From Thermodesulfobacteriota bacterium (GTDB lineage Bacteria > Desulfobacterota > QYQD01), in assembly GCA_040754095.1 (NCBI GenBank), contig JBFMFO010000004.1, forward strand, positions 3,475-67,474: a stretch of 64,000 nucleotides of DNA, in the 5' to 3' direction. Under the pieces are notes generated by a model, which saw only the letters and a list, made by a program, of their open reading frames with translations, made no database searches and was not told the DNA's origin. This document shows positions 9,035-18,670 of the stretch, piece after piece (position 1 is the first letter of the stretch; every line of letters starts with the position of its first letter). The translations under genes and the position numbers were made by a program.

Positions 9035-9499
9035 ATGGGAGAACCGGACCCGGGGAAGAATATTCTCCTTAGTATAGATAATTCCGAGAATTCAAGGCGC
9101 GCCATCCGCTATGTGGCTAACATTGTGGGCTCATCAGGGGATTACCGCATAACCATACTGAATATTATTGAAGACATGGGTGAGGATTTCTTTCCTTCTG
9201 CCGCGGAAAGACAGAACTACATTGAGAAGCAAAAACAGACCTCCGCTGCCTTGTTGGCAGAGGCACGAAATATCATGAGAGAACATGCCGTGCCGGAAGA
9301 ATGTATAAGGACAGAACAGGTAACTGCGCCCAGCGGATATATAGCCGAGTCCATAATCAGACACGCGCAACACGAAAACAAGGGTACGGTGGTTGTCGGT
9401 CGGCGGGGCATCTCAAAAAAAGAGGAGTTCCTGTTCGGCAGCGTCAGCAGCAAGATCGTTAACTACGCCAAGGACTGTACCGTGTGGGTTGTGGAGTAA
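9035..9499 (+). CDS. universal stress protein (UspA family)
   Basis: 154 aa: ILLSIDNSENSRRAIRYVANI...GTVVVGRRGISKKEEFLFGSVSSKIVNYAKDCTVWVV. Confidence 0.75.
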   Translation: MGEPDPGKNILLSIDNSENSRRAIRYVANIVGSSGDYRITILNIIEDMGEDFFPSAAERQNYIEKQKQTSAALLAEARNIMREHAVPEECIRTEQVTAPSGYIAESIIRHAQHENKGTVVVGRRGISKKEEFLFGSVSSKIVNYAKDCTVWVVE

Positions 9500-9516
9500 C
9501 GCATCGTCTTGCCATT

Positions 9517-10170
9517 ATGACATTATCTGTAAATACAGCCGGCTTCCCCGAACTCCGCTACCGGGACAGATACAGGTCTTTTCCGAAGCTGGAAGGCATC
9601 CCATGCGGTGTCGGTTGTGCATACAACTGCTGCGATCCCATTATTACTTCAATGGTTATCCCGAGAACCGTGGCTGAGAAAGACCTGCCCAACACCGTAG
9701 TAGCGGCCGGAGAGAACCTTCGGAAAGACATAGAAGGCAATCTTAACGTACTGACGTTTTACGGTTTTTTTGTAACTCCTTTTTTCTTTTCGGACTGTCT
9801 GGTCAAGGGGCCTGATTTCGGAATAACTAAAGATTTCAATAGGTACATCCAGATTTATGTCCTGTTCAATTGCCCAAGGCTTACTCCGGAAGGACTTTGC
9901 TCAATATACGATCAGGAGAGGTTTAATCTTTGCGGGGGATTTAAGGGGTGTCCCGAATATTGTGTTAAGGACAGTACCCCGGAGAGTTCTTTTTTGGTCC
10001 TTTCTTTCAACTACTGGCTGATGCGGAAGCTGATCGTCGTTTCCGTTGCCAGGGACGCTGAAGAGGCTATAGACGAATGGAAACGCAATGAAGCCGGTGG
10101 GATCAGGGCCTTCCTGCGCTCCAGGGGTGTATGCACCGATGCTTACCTTTCGGAGAGGTCAGATGAGTGA
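9517..10170 (+). CDS. YkgJ/UPF0153-family Cys-cluster protein (CxxCxxCC type)
   Basis: CGVGCAYNCC plus CPRLTPEGLCSIYDQERFNLC resemble the YkgJ signature. It is a paralog of the gene at 19042-19905. Start chosen at the ATG after the USP stop. Confidence 0.5.
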   Translation: MTLSVNTAGFPELRYRDRYRSFPKLEGIPCGVGCAYNCCDPIITSMVIPRTVAEKDLPNTVVAAGENLRKDIEGNLNVLTFYGFFVTPFFFSDCLVKGPDFGITKDFNRYIQIYVLFNCPRLTPEGLCSIYDQERFNLCGGFKGCPEYCVKDSTPESSFLVLSFNYWLMRKLIVVSVARDAEEAIDEWKRNEAGGIRAFLRSRGVCTDAYLSERSDE

Positions 10171-10307
10171 TGAGTCAATATGTTGTGCTGTATGTGTTCT
10201 TAAGTACAAGATATAGATAAGGAGTGCATCGCATTACCTGTTGATATTCCGCTATTTTTCGTTTGGGAGACTCTTCTCTAAAAGTGAGCAATTATTCATT
10301 TTTTCTC

Positions 10308-10336
10308 TTGACATATTGGCGGATGCCATATATAAA
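10308..10336 (+). promoter_or_regulatory. sigma70-type promoter for aprBA (TTGACA-17-TATAAA)
   Basis: TTGACA 10308-10313, 17-nt spacer, TATAAA 10331-10336. This gives a ~245-nt leader before aprB. Confidence 0.5.
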
Positions 10337-10582
10337 ATGAGATACCATTCACTTCACTAGGTCTTATTTTGGAAGAATCAGGAGAAAGTGCTCGGTTGTG
10401 AGCTTTCGTAGGTGCCCGTCCGGCACTGTGGGCAGAGGTTATGTCTGCGGACGGGAGAGTCTTTAGAGCGATAATTTATACTGAGAGGGGGGATGATAGA
10501 GAAAAATAAGAATGTATAGGGAGTGAGGTTTGTAGACGGAAACAAGCCTGTCAGTAGCACAACATAAATAGGAGGAAAAATT

Positions 10583-11011
10583 ATGCCAAGTTTTGTAAAT
10601 CCAGAAAAATGCGACGGTTGCAAAGGCGGTGAAAAGACCGCATGTATGTATATATGCCCCAATGACCTGATGGTGTTAAACACTGCGGAGATGAAGGCAT
10701 ACAATCAAGAGCCGGATGCGTGCTGGGAATGTTTTTCTTGCGTAAAGATATGCCCCCAGGGCGCCATTGAGGTTAGGTCCTATTCGGACATCGTTCCCCT
10801 CGGCGGTCTGGTTGCCCCGATGCGAGGTTCCGATTCCATTATGTGGACGATTAAATTCAGAAACGGGAATCTGAAAAGGTTCAAATTCCCCATTCGGACG
10901 ACACCCGAAGGTTCCATTAAACCCTTTGAAGGCAAGCCCGATCCGGCGGCAGCCGATCTTGACAGTGAACTGCTCTTTACTGAATTAGGCAAGACGCTGA
11001 CTACCCCGTAA
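10583..11011 (+). CDS. aprB: adenylylsulfate reductase beta subunit
   Basis: 142 aa ferredoxin-like: CDGCKGGEKTACMYICPNDLM and CWECFSCVKICPQGAI. Confidence 0.9.
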   Translation: MPSFVNPEKCDGCKGGEKTACMYICPNDLMVLNTAEMKAYNQEPDACWECFSCVKICPQGAIEVRSYSDIVPLGGLVAPMRGSDSIMWTIKFRNGNLKRFKFPIRTTPEGSIKPFEGKPDPAAADLDSELLFTELGKTLTTP

Positions 11012-11060
11012 TTAGGCGTACAATTCAGAACTTTATACTTTTTTAAGGAGGATATTAGCT

Positions 11061-12983
11061 ATGGCATTACCAAATAAACCTTTAGGTGAACTCCCCGCAG
11101 TAGACAATCCGGAAATTGCGGAACATGAGTGTGATATTCTTATCGTGGGCGGCGGTATGGCTGCCTGCGGAACGGCTTTTGAAATTAAAAAATGGGCTCC
11201 GAATGCCAAGACCATTCTTGTGGACAAGGCTGCTTTGGAGAGAAGCGGCGCAGTAGCCCAGGGTCTTTCGGCCATCAACACCTACCTGGGGGAAAACAAG
11301 CCGGATGATTATGTAAGGATGGTTAGAAACGACCTTATGGGTATCGTTCGCGAGGACCTTATCTATGATCTGGGCCGTCACGTGGATGACTCTGTTGACC
11401 TCTTTGAGGAATGGGGCCTGCCGGTCTGGAAGCAGAAAGGCGACGAAGGCAAGACCCTGAAAGAAGGCGGCAAACCGGTCCGCTCCGGTAGATGGCAGAT
11501 CATGATCAACGGTGAGTCCTACAAGTGCATCGTGGCTGAGGCCGCCAAGATGGCCTTGGGTGACCAGAACATCATGGAGAGGGTATTCATTGTAAAGCTG
11601 CTTCTGGATGCCAATAAGCCCAACACCATCGCCGGTGCGGTAGGCTTCAGCACCAGGGAAAACAAAGTCCACGTCTTTAAGTGCAAGACTATGATGGTCG
11701 CCTGTGGGGGCGCCGTCAACGTATTCAGACCGCGGTCTACGGGTGAAGGTATGGGCAGGGCCTGGTACCCGGTATGGAATGCCGGTTCCACCTATACCAT
11801 GTGTGCCGAGGTCGGCGCTGAGTTGACCATGATGGAAAACCGCTTCGTACCGGCACGCTTCAAAGACGGTTACGGTCCGGTGGGCGCCTGGTTCCTTCTC
11901 TTTAAGGCCAAGGCCATGAATGCCCTGGGTGAAAACTACATGGCCAAGAATAAGCACATGCTGGAAGAGTATCCACCCTACGGACTGGCCAAGGTCCCGG
12001 CCACCTGTCTGAGAAACCATCTTATGCTGAAGGAAATGTTGGATGGTCACGGTCCGATTATTATTGATACGGCTACGGCCCTGCAGGAACTCGGCAAGAC
12101 TATGGATGCCAAGCAGTTCAAACATCTCGAGGCCGAGGCCTGGGAAGACTTTCTGGATATGAGCGTGGGCCAGGCCGGTCTCTGGGCCGGTATGAATATC
12201 GAACCGGAAAAAGTCCCCTCTGAGATTATGCCTACTGAGCCTTATCTCCTCGGTTCGCACTCCGGTTGTTGCGGTATTTGGGTAAGCGGCCCGAATGAGG
12301 ACTGGGTCCCGGCGGATTACAAATGGGGTTACAACCGTATGACTACGGTAAACGGCCTCTTTACAGCAGGTGATGGCGTCGGCGCATCCGGTCATAAATT
12401 CTCCTCCGGCTCCCATGCCGAGGGCCGTATGGCTGCCAAGTCCATGGCCAGGTATATTCGGGATAATGCCGGCTTTGCTCCGGCCCTGAAAAAGAGTGCA
12501 AAGGAACTGGCTGATGAGATCTATAAGCCGGTAAAGACCTACAACCAGTTCAAGGGCGCCAGCACCATGGCTGACGTCAACCCGAACTACATTAAGCCCA
12601 AGCATTTCATGCTCCGCCTGATCAAGGCCAGTGACGAGTATGGGGCAGGCGCAAATGCCAATTATATGACCAGCGGGCCCTTGCTGAAGAGATGTATGCA
12701 GCTTCTCCAGTGGCTGCGTGAGGACTCTGAGAAACTGGCGGCGGGCGATCTCCATGAACTCATGAGGGCATGGGAACAATATCACCGTCTGGGTACGGTA
12801 GAGTCCCATCTCCGCCACATACTCTTCAGGGAAGAGACCAGATATCCGGGCTTCTTTTACCGGTCAGACTTCCCGAAGGTTGACGAAGTGAACTGGAAGT
12901 GCTTTGTCAACTCCAAGTATGACCCTGATAAGAAGGAATGGTCGGTATTTAAGAAGGAGTGGAAGCAGATCATTCCGGAATAA
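11061..12983 (+). CDS. aprA: adenylylsulfate reductase alpha subunit
   Basis: 640-aa flavoprotein: ECDILIVGGGMAACGTAFE FAD motif; matches AprA along its full length. Confidence 0.92.
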   Translation: MALPNKPLGELPAVDNPEIAEHECDILIVGGGMAACGTAFEIKKWAPNAKTILVDKAALERSGAVAQGLSAINTYLGENKPDDYVRMVRNDLMGIVREDLIYDLGRHVDDSVDLFEEWGLPVWKQKGDEGKTLKEGGKPVRSGRWQIMINGESYKCIVAEAAKMALGDQNIMERVFIVKLLLDANKPNTIAGAVGFSTRENKVHVFKCKTMMVACGGAVNVFRPRSTGEGMGRAWYPVWNAGSTYTMCAEVGAELTMMENRFVPARFKDGYGPVGAWFLLFKAKAMNALGENYMAKNKHMLEEYPPYGLAKVPATCLRNHLMLKEMLDGHGPIIIDTATALQELGKTMDAKQFKHLEAEAWEDFLDMSVGQAGLWAGMNIEPEKVPSEIMPTEPYLLGSHSGCCGIWVSGPNEDWVPADYKWGYNRMTTVNGLFTAGDGVGASGHKFSSGSHAEGRMAAKSMARYIRDNAGFAPALKKSAKELADEIYKPVKTYNQFKGASTMADVNPNYIKPKHFMLRLIKASDEYGAGANANYMTSGPLLKRCMQLLQWLREDSEKLAAGDLHELMRAWEQYHRLGTVESHLRHILFREETRYPGFFYRSDFPKVDEVNWKCFVNSKYDPDKKEWSVFKKEWKQIIPE

Positions 12984-13030
12984 TCGAGGTCAGAGGGAAG
13001 TGTTGAGTGCGTAACAAATGACAGACCAAT

Positions 13031-13068
13031 GCCTCCAGGCGTCGTAAAAGACGCCTGGAGGTTTTTTG
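13031..13068 (+). terminator. strong rho-independent terminator between aprA and qmoA
   Basis: CCTCCAGGCGTC-GTAAAA-GACGCCTGGAGG followed by TTTTTT. Confidence 0.65.
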
Positions 13069-13108
13069 GTGTCCTTAGAGCGAGAAAAAACGACCATGGA
13101 GGAATAGC

Positions 13109-14377
13109 ATGACATCTGGAACAGGTCCTGTAAGCGGAACCATACTAGTCGTTGGTGGGGGGATTAGCGGATTGACGGCTGCCCTGGAGGCGGCAGAGGT
13201 GGGATATGATGTTATATTGGTGGAGAAAAATCCATACCTTGGCGGCCGGGTAGCTCAGCTAAATAAGTATTTTCCAAAGCTATGTCCTCCAACATGTGGC
13301 TTGGAGATTAACTTCAAAAGAATAAAAACCAACCCCCATATCAAGTTTTATACTCTGGCCGAGGTGGATAAGGTTTCCGGGAGTCCCGGCAACTACGATG
13401 TGTCTGTGAAAATAACCCCTCGATACGTAAATGAGAACTGTGTGGCCTGTAACGCCTGCGCTGAGGTGTGCCCGGTTACACGCGAAAATGACTTTAACTT
13501 TGGTATGAATACCAGTAAGGCGGCATATAAGCCGCATGACATGGCTTTTCCGATGCAATATGTTATTGACGGAAAGGTATGCCAGAAGGCAAGTTGCGCC
13601 AGATGCGTTGAGGTTTGTAAATACGATGCCATCGATCTGAAGATGGAGCCGAAGACCCTGGATCTGAAGGTAGGCAGCATAGTCTGGGCTACGGGTTGGA
13701 AGCCCTATGATGCTACTAAAATGGATAACCTCGGATTTGGAAAACATAAAAATGTCATTACCAATATGATGATGGAGAGATTAGCCGCGCCTAATGGACC
13801 GACTGCGGGTAAGATTTTACGGCCTTCCGATGGGAAGGAGATACAAAAGATCGCTTTTGTCCAGTGTGCCGGCTCCAGAGATGAAAACCATCTGCCATAT
13901 TGTTCATATATTTGCTGTTTGGCCTCATTGAAACAGGCAACTTATGTGGCTGAACAGTATCCGAAGGCGAAGATCTCTATATACTATATCGATATTCGAA
14001 CCCCCGGCCGATATGAGAATTTCTATCGTAAAGTCGCTGCCAATCCCAATATCTCGTTAATTAAAGGTAAGGTGGCGCAAATCGAGGAAGATCCCGCCAC
14101 AAAGGATGTGACGGTGGTTGCTGAGAATACGGCAACCGGAGCAAAAGTCCATGAAAGGGTGGATATGGCTGTCCTGGCCACGGGGATGCAGCCCGCCATG
14201 GCAGGGACGAATATCTCTCTTAACGTTCCATTGAACGAGAGCAGCTTTGTTCTGGCCGATCCACAGAGGGGAATTTCTGCCTGTGGTTGTGCCAAGGAAC
14301 CCCTGGATGTTGTTTCCTGCGCTGAGACTGCTACCGGAGCAGCGATGAAGGCTATTCAAACTTTGGTGAGGAGGTAG
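13109..14377 (+). CDS. qmoA: QmoA (HdrA-like flavoprotein)
   Basis: 422 aa: ILVVGGGISGLTAALEAAEVGYDVILVEKNPYLGGR plus ferredoxin-type Cys clusters. Confidence 0.85.
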   Translation: MTSGTGPVSGTILVVGGGISGLTAALEAAEVGYDVILVEKNPYLGGRVAQLNKYFPKLCPPTCGLEINFKRIKTNPHIKFYTLAEVDKVSGSPGNYDVSVKITPRYVNENCVACNACAEVCPVTRENDFNFGMNTSKAAYKPHDMAFPMQYVIDGKVCQKASCARCVEVCKYDAIDLKMEPKTLDLKVGSIVWATGWKPYDATKMDNLGFGKHKNVITNMMMERLAAPNGPTAGKILRPSDGKEIQKIAFVQCAGSRDENHLPYCSYICCLASLKQATYVAEQYPKAKISIYYIDIRTPGRYENFYRKVAANPNISLIKGKVAQIEEDPATKDVTVVAENTATGAKVHERVDMAVLATGMQPAMAGTNISLNVPLNESSFVLADPQRGISACGCAKEPLDVVSCAETATGAAMKAIQTLVRR

Positions 14378-14381
14378 GTAG

Positions 14382-16685
14382 ATGGAAAAGAAATACGGAG
14401 TATACATCTGTACCGGCTGTGATATCGGTAAATCACTTGATATAGAAAAGCTGTCCGCGGTAGCTGCCAGTTCCAAGGTTCCACTCTGTAAAAACCATCC
14501 TTTTCTGTGCAGTTCGGCCGGTGTTGACCTGATAAAACAGGATATCGCAGGGGAGGGGGTCAATACCGTGATTATCGCTGCCTGTTCGCCAAGGGTCATG
14601 TATGACGTTTTTGACTTCGGCCCTGTACTGGTGGAGAGGGTAAATCTGCGGGAAGGCGTGGTCTGGAGCCATGAGGCAAGAAAAGCCGGAGGCGAAGGAG
14701 AAGAGGCGGTTATTGATCCGGAGTTTCAGATGCTGGCCGAGGATTACCTGCGTATGGGGATTGTAAAGACCCAAAAAGGTGAGCTTCCTGAGCCTTATAA
14801 ACCGGAAGAGGAGATTAATAAGAAAATCCTGGTTATTGGCGGCGGTGTGACGGGTATGAGTGCGGCACTTGATGCGGCCAGCGTCGGCTATGAGGTCACT
14901 CTCGTGGAAAAAGAGAAGGAACTGGGCGGGTTTGCGGCCAGGCTCTATAAACAAGCGGCCAAGACCTACCCATATACTGATATAGAGACACCGGATATTA
15001 AGTCCAAGATCAGCGCGGTTAAAAGCCATGCGAAGATCGATGTCCGTACAGAGACGGAGGTAGCCCGTATAGCCGGTGCGCCGGGGCTATACCATGTCTC
15101 GTTTAAGCCGGCAGGGACTGAGACTGAGTGGGATGTGCCGCCTAAGGCAGCCGCTCCGGCAACTGAGGAAGCCAAACCGGCCGAGGGCGGAGAAGCCGCT
15201 GAGGTGGCGGCTGGCCGGGCATACAAGGATATCCTGCTTCAGGACGAGAATGCAGAACACTACGGCGCGGTAATATTGGCCACCGGATGGAGGCCTTACG
15301 ATGCCAATAAACTGGATGCCCTGGGCTTTGGCAAGTATCCGAATGTGATTACCAACGTGATGATGGAGGATATGGCGGCGAAAGGCTCCCTGGTCCGGCC
15401 CTCGGATGGAAAGCCGGCAAAGAGTGTGGCCTTTATTCAGTGCGCCGGCCAGCGGGATGAGAAACATCTTCCGTACTGTTCCGCGACATGCTGTATCACC
15501 TCCCTCAAGCAGGCTAAATATGTGCGGGAACAGGGTGAAGACGCCAAGGCGTTTATTTTCTACAAGGATATGCGGACCCCGGGCCAGTATGAGAATTTCT
15601 ATAAGAGCATGCAGCAGGATCCGGGGGTTTTCCTGACCAAGGGGGATGTGGTATCCATTACCGAGGATGCCAGGAAAGGATTAACCGTAGAGGTTGATAA
15701 TACCCTTATTGGAGAAAAAATTGAGGTGAACGTGGACATGGTGGTCTTGGCCACCGGCATGGTCCCCACGACCCAGGATGAGGCCATTATTAATCTGGCC
15801 TACCGCCAAGGTCCCGGCTTGATAGACCTGGAGTTATTTAATGGCTTTGCGGATTCCAACTTTATCTGTTTTCCTTACGAGACCAGGCGAACCGGTGTCT
15901 ATGCGGCGGGCACGGTCCGGCAGCCGATGACCATACCTATGTGTGAAGACGATGCGGCCGGCGCGGCCCTTAAGGCTATTCAGTGTATAGAATCGGCCTA
16001 TAGGGGCGTGTCGGTTCATCCGCGTTCCGGGGATATGAGCTATCCGGAATTCTTCTTTGCCAGATGCACACAGTGTAAAAGGTGCACCGAAGAATGTCCG
16101 TTTGGGGCATTGGATGACGATGAGAGAGGAACGCCCAAGCCCAATCCCACGCGGTGCCGGCGCTGCGGTACCTGTATGGGGGCCTGCCCGGAGAGAATTA
16201 TCGGATTCAAAAATTATAACATTGACATGATCGGCTCCATGGTGAAGTCCTTTGAAGTGCCGGAAGACGAAGGTATATACAGGGTTGTCGCCTTTGTCTG
16301 CGAGAATGATGCCTATCCGGCTATGGACATGGCGGCTATGAAGGGGCTTAAGTTACCGGCGGGTATAAGGGTTATCCCGGTGCGTTGCCTGGGCTCGATG
16401 AATATGGTCTGGATTAAAGATGCCATGTCCAGAGGCATCGATGGCGTTATCCTTTTGGGTTGCAAGTATGGCGATGATTATCAATGCCACTTTGCCAAGG
16501 GCAGTGAACTGGCCAACAGGCGTATGGATAACGTGGGCGAGACATTAAAATCTCTGGCCCTTGAATCAGAACGTGTTAAACTGGTACAGGTGGCCATTGA
16601 CGAATATGATAAGATACCACAGATTTTCAATGAATTTATGGAGCAGATGGAGGCCATGGGCCCCAGCCCCATGAAAGGCTTTTAG
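14382..16685 (+). CDS. qmoB: QmoB (HdrA-like with MvhD-like C-terminus)
   Basis: 767 aa with a second FAD site (ILVIGGGVTGMSAALDAASVGYEVTLVEKEKELGG), CxxCxxCxxxCP clusters and a C-terminal MvhD-like domain. Contains an A/E/P-rich low-complexity insert. Confidence 0.85.
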   Translation: MEKKYGVYICTGCDIGKSLDIEKLSAVAASSKVPLCKNHPFLCSSAGVDLIKQDIAGEGVNTVIIAACSPRVMYDVFDFGPVLVERVNLREGVVWSHEARKAGGEGEEAVIDPEFQMLAEDYLRMGIVKTQKGELPEPYKPEEEINKKILVIGGGVTGMSAALDAASVGYEVTLVEKEKELGGFAARLYKQAAKTYPYTDIETPDIKSKISAVKSHAKIDVRTETEVARIAGAPGLYHVSFKPAGTETEWDVPPKAAAPATEEAKPAEGGEAAEVAAGRAYKDILLQDENAEHYGAVILATGWRPYDANKLDALGFGKYPNVITNVMMEDMAAKGSLVRPSDGKPAKSVAFIQCAGQRDEKHLPYCSATCCITSLKQAKYVREQGEDAKAFIFYKDMRTPGQYENFYKSMQQDPGVFLTKGDVVSITEDARKGLTVEVDNTLIGEKIEVNVDMVVLATGMVPTTQDEAIINLAYRQGPGLIDLELFNGFADSNFICFPYETRRTGVYAAGTVRQPMTIPMCEDDAAGAALKAIQCIESAYRGVSVHPRSGDMSYPEFFFARCTQCKRCTEECPFGALDDDERGTPKPNPTRCRRCGTCMGACPERIIGFKNYNIDMIGSMVKSFEVPEDEGIYRVVAFVCENDAYPAMDMAAMKGLKLPAGIRVIPVRCLGSMNMVWIKDAMSRGIDGVILLGCKYGDDYQCHFAKGSELANRRMDNVGETLKSLALESERVKLVQVAIDEYDKIPQIFNEFMEQMEAMGPSPMKGF

Positions 16686-16697
16686 GAGGTATGTGAA

Positions 16698-17816
16698 ATG
16701 GCAGGTTATTCAGTTGATCCCGATGTTAAGTTTGTTAAGGAGATTCAGAAATTAGGCGGAGAGTCTCTGAAGAAGTGCTTCCAGTGCGCGACATGCTCGG
16801 TCATTTGTCCCCTGTCTTCAGACCAAAAGCCTTTCCCGCGAAAAGAGATGATCTGGGCGCAGTGGGGGTTGAAGGACAAGCTGGTCAAAAATGGCGACAT
16901 TTGGGCATGCCACCAGTGCGGTGATTGTTCGACTTATTGCCCGCGCGGGGCTAGGCCGGGCGATGTCATAGCGGCGGCGCGCGCTTACGCTATCAGGGAA
17001 TACGCCTTCCCAAGATTCATGGGCAACCTGGTCGGCGAGGGTAAGTATCTGCCGGTGATTATGGCTATCCCCCTGGTGATAATCCTGCTGGTGCTTGCCG
17101 CCCTTGGGAATTTAAAGATCCCGGAGGGCGAGATTGTTTATTCGAAGTTTTTGCCGATCAAGTTTGTGGATTCCATATTTTTGCCCTTTGCCGGTCTGGC
17201 TATAATTTCCCTGGGTCTGGGGTTAAGGAACTTTTGGAATGACATGAGTCCCAGCCGTTACAGGCATCTGGTCGGGCGAAACTTTTTAAAGTCATTGGTG
17301 GAGACCATTGCCGAGGTGCTGGGGCACGTGCGTTTTAGAAAGTGCGGGACAAACGTGGGGCGCTTTACCGCCCATCTGGCCGTGTTTTACGGGTTTGTCG
17401 GTCTCTTTACAACTACTAATATCGTGGTGTTTTACGAATATATCCTCCATCGGGAGACACCCCTGCCGTTATATGATCCGGCCAAGATCATCGGGAATAT
17501 CAGCGCGATTATTCTCTTTATCGGTATTTCCCTGGTTATAAGGAACAGGCTGGCGAACCCGGATCAAAGCAGTTCTTATTTTGACTGGGCGCTTATCCTC
17601 ATGATATTAGGCGTAACGGTATCCGGGATACTTACGGAACTTTTACGGCTGGCGGATATTGCCACCCTCGCCTATCCGATGTACGTTCTTCACCTGATGT
17701 TTGTCTTCTATATCATAGGATACTTACCCTATTCCAAGCTGGCGCATATGGTGTACCGTACGGTAGCCTTGGCTTACAAAAGACATATAGAGACAAAGTC
17801 GGAGCGTGTCAGGTAA
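16698..17816 (+). CDS. qmoC: QmoC (HdrC/HdrE-like membrane subunit)
   Basis: 372 aa: CFQCATCSVICP and CHQCGDCSTYCP motifs followed by transmembrane helices. Confidence 0.8.
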   Translation: MAGYSVDPDVKFVKEIQKLGGESLKKCFQCATCSVICPLSSDQKPFPRKEMIWAQWGLKDKLVKNGDIWACHQCGDCSTYCPRGARPGDVIAAARAYAIREYAFPRFMGNLVGEGKYLPVIMAIPLVIILLVLAALGNLKIPEGEIVYSKFLPIKFVDSIFLPFAGLAIISLGLGLRNFWNDMSPSRYRHLVGRNFLKSLVETIAEVLGHVRFRKCGTNVGRFTAHLAVFYGFVGLFTTTNIVVFYEYILHRETPLPLYDPAKIIGNISAIILFIGISLVIRNRLANPDQSSSYFDWALILMILGVTVSGILTELLRLADIATLAYPMYVLHLMFVFYIIGYLPYSKLAHMVYRTVALAYKRHIETKSERVR

Positions 17817-17840
17817 CGATTGCCGACTGAATCAAATAAA

Positions 17841-17877
17841 AAAGCCCCGTGGGATATGTCCCACGGGGCTTTTTTAG
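17841..17877 (+). terminator. rho-independent terminator after qmoC
   Basis: AAAAGCCCCGTGGGATATGTCCCACGGGGCTTTTTT. Confidence 0.7.
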
Positions 17878-17984
17878 GTTTTAAGACATTCCTGTGGAGA
17901 CTTTTTTATCTTGCTGCCTTTTGCAATAATATTTGCATTTAGTAGCACTAGATGCAACTGCAAAGACTTAATAAAGACTTTAAG

Positions 17985-18030
17985 TGAACCGATTTGACTT
18001 CTAATGCCCCGTGCGGAAGCACGGGGTTCT
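17985..18030. repeat. CCGATTT-N-ATGCCCCGTGCGGAAGCACGGGG hairpin motif, related to the 5' ends of the 155-bp repeats at 38791 and 42468
   Basis: GAACCGATTTGACTTCTAATGCCCCGTGCGGAAGCACGGGG compared with TAACTCCGATTTATATGCCCCGTGCGGGAGCACGGGG. Confidence 0.5.
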
Positions 18031-18379
18031 TTACTTCAAAAAAAATGAATTGGGGCATTTCCAATTCGGTTTGGTTCAGGGACAAATCGACTATAGGATA
18101 GAAAAAGTTGGCGAAATCGAAAGGCTCGAATTCACATGGCAAGGTCAAGATGAAGATGATGAAGCACTAGGGCGAGGATGGGCTGTCATCAAGAACGATT
18201 ATATAGAGGGTAGGTTCTATTTTCATTTAGGGGATAATTCCTCGTTTAAAGCAAAAAAAATAATTTGTTATAATCTCCGCGTCCACGGGATGACGAGGAC
18301 CATGCCGCCTGTGACGCAGGCGTTGAGCCTCTGTACGCGCGCTTGACGTTAATCACGAGATGCGTTACTATATTATAAC

Positions 18380-18658
18380 ATGATTAAATCATTCAAGTGT
18401 GAATACACCGAAGCTCTCTCAAAAGGCCAGCGTGTCAGGCAGTTTGTGAACATCGCTAAGGTGGCACGGCGTAAACTTAGACAGCTTGAGATCGCCGGTC
18501 GACTTGAAGATTTGAGGGTGCCACCCAGCAATCACCTTGAGGCACTCAAGGGTGATCGTTCCGGTCAATACAGCATTCGTATCAACGATCAGTGGCGTGT
18601 CTGCTTTCGTTGGACGGATGCAGGTGCAGAAAATGTGGAAATCGTCGATTACCACTAA
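18380..18658 (+). CDS. higB: HigB-type (RelE/ParE superfamily) toxin
   Basis: 92 aa: MIKSFKCEYTEALSKG...LEALKGDRSGQYSIRINDQWRVCFRW. A TTGACG-17-TACTAT promoter lies at 18343-18371. Confidence 0.8.
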   Translation: MIKSFKCEYTEALSKGQRVRQFVNIAKVARRKLRQLEIAGRLEDLRVPPSNHLEALKGDRSGQYSIRINDQWRVCFRWTDAGAENVEIVDYH

Positions 18659-18670
18659 GGAGAGTCCATT

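Noticed and set aside
11082-12818. 578-aa ORF antisense to aprA (and similar long antisense ORFs: 6502-7113 vs sat, 7944-8741 vs the kinase-like gene, 14433-15029 vs qmoB, 30602-31840 vs murC, 57577-58392 vs mnmG, 3057-3794 vs moeA)
   Set aside because: The opposite-strand genes have clear family motifs along their full length. The antisense frames have no recognisable domains and are the usual artefact of GC-rich, codon-biased coding DNA.
18011-18346. 111-aa ORF after the qmoC terminator
   Set aside because: It has no ATG (GTG inside the island-boundary hairpin) and no recognisable domain, and it runs across the TTGACG-17-TACTAT promoter of higB. It is more likely non-coding spacer of the inserted higBA unit, though a small hypothetical protein cannot be excluded.
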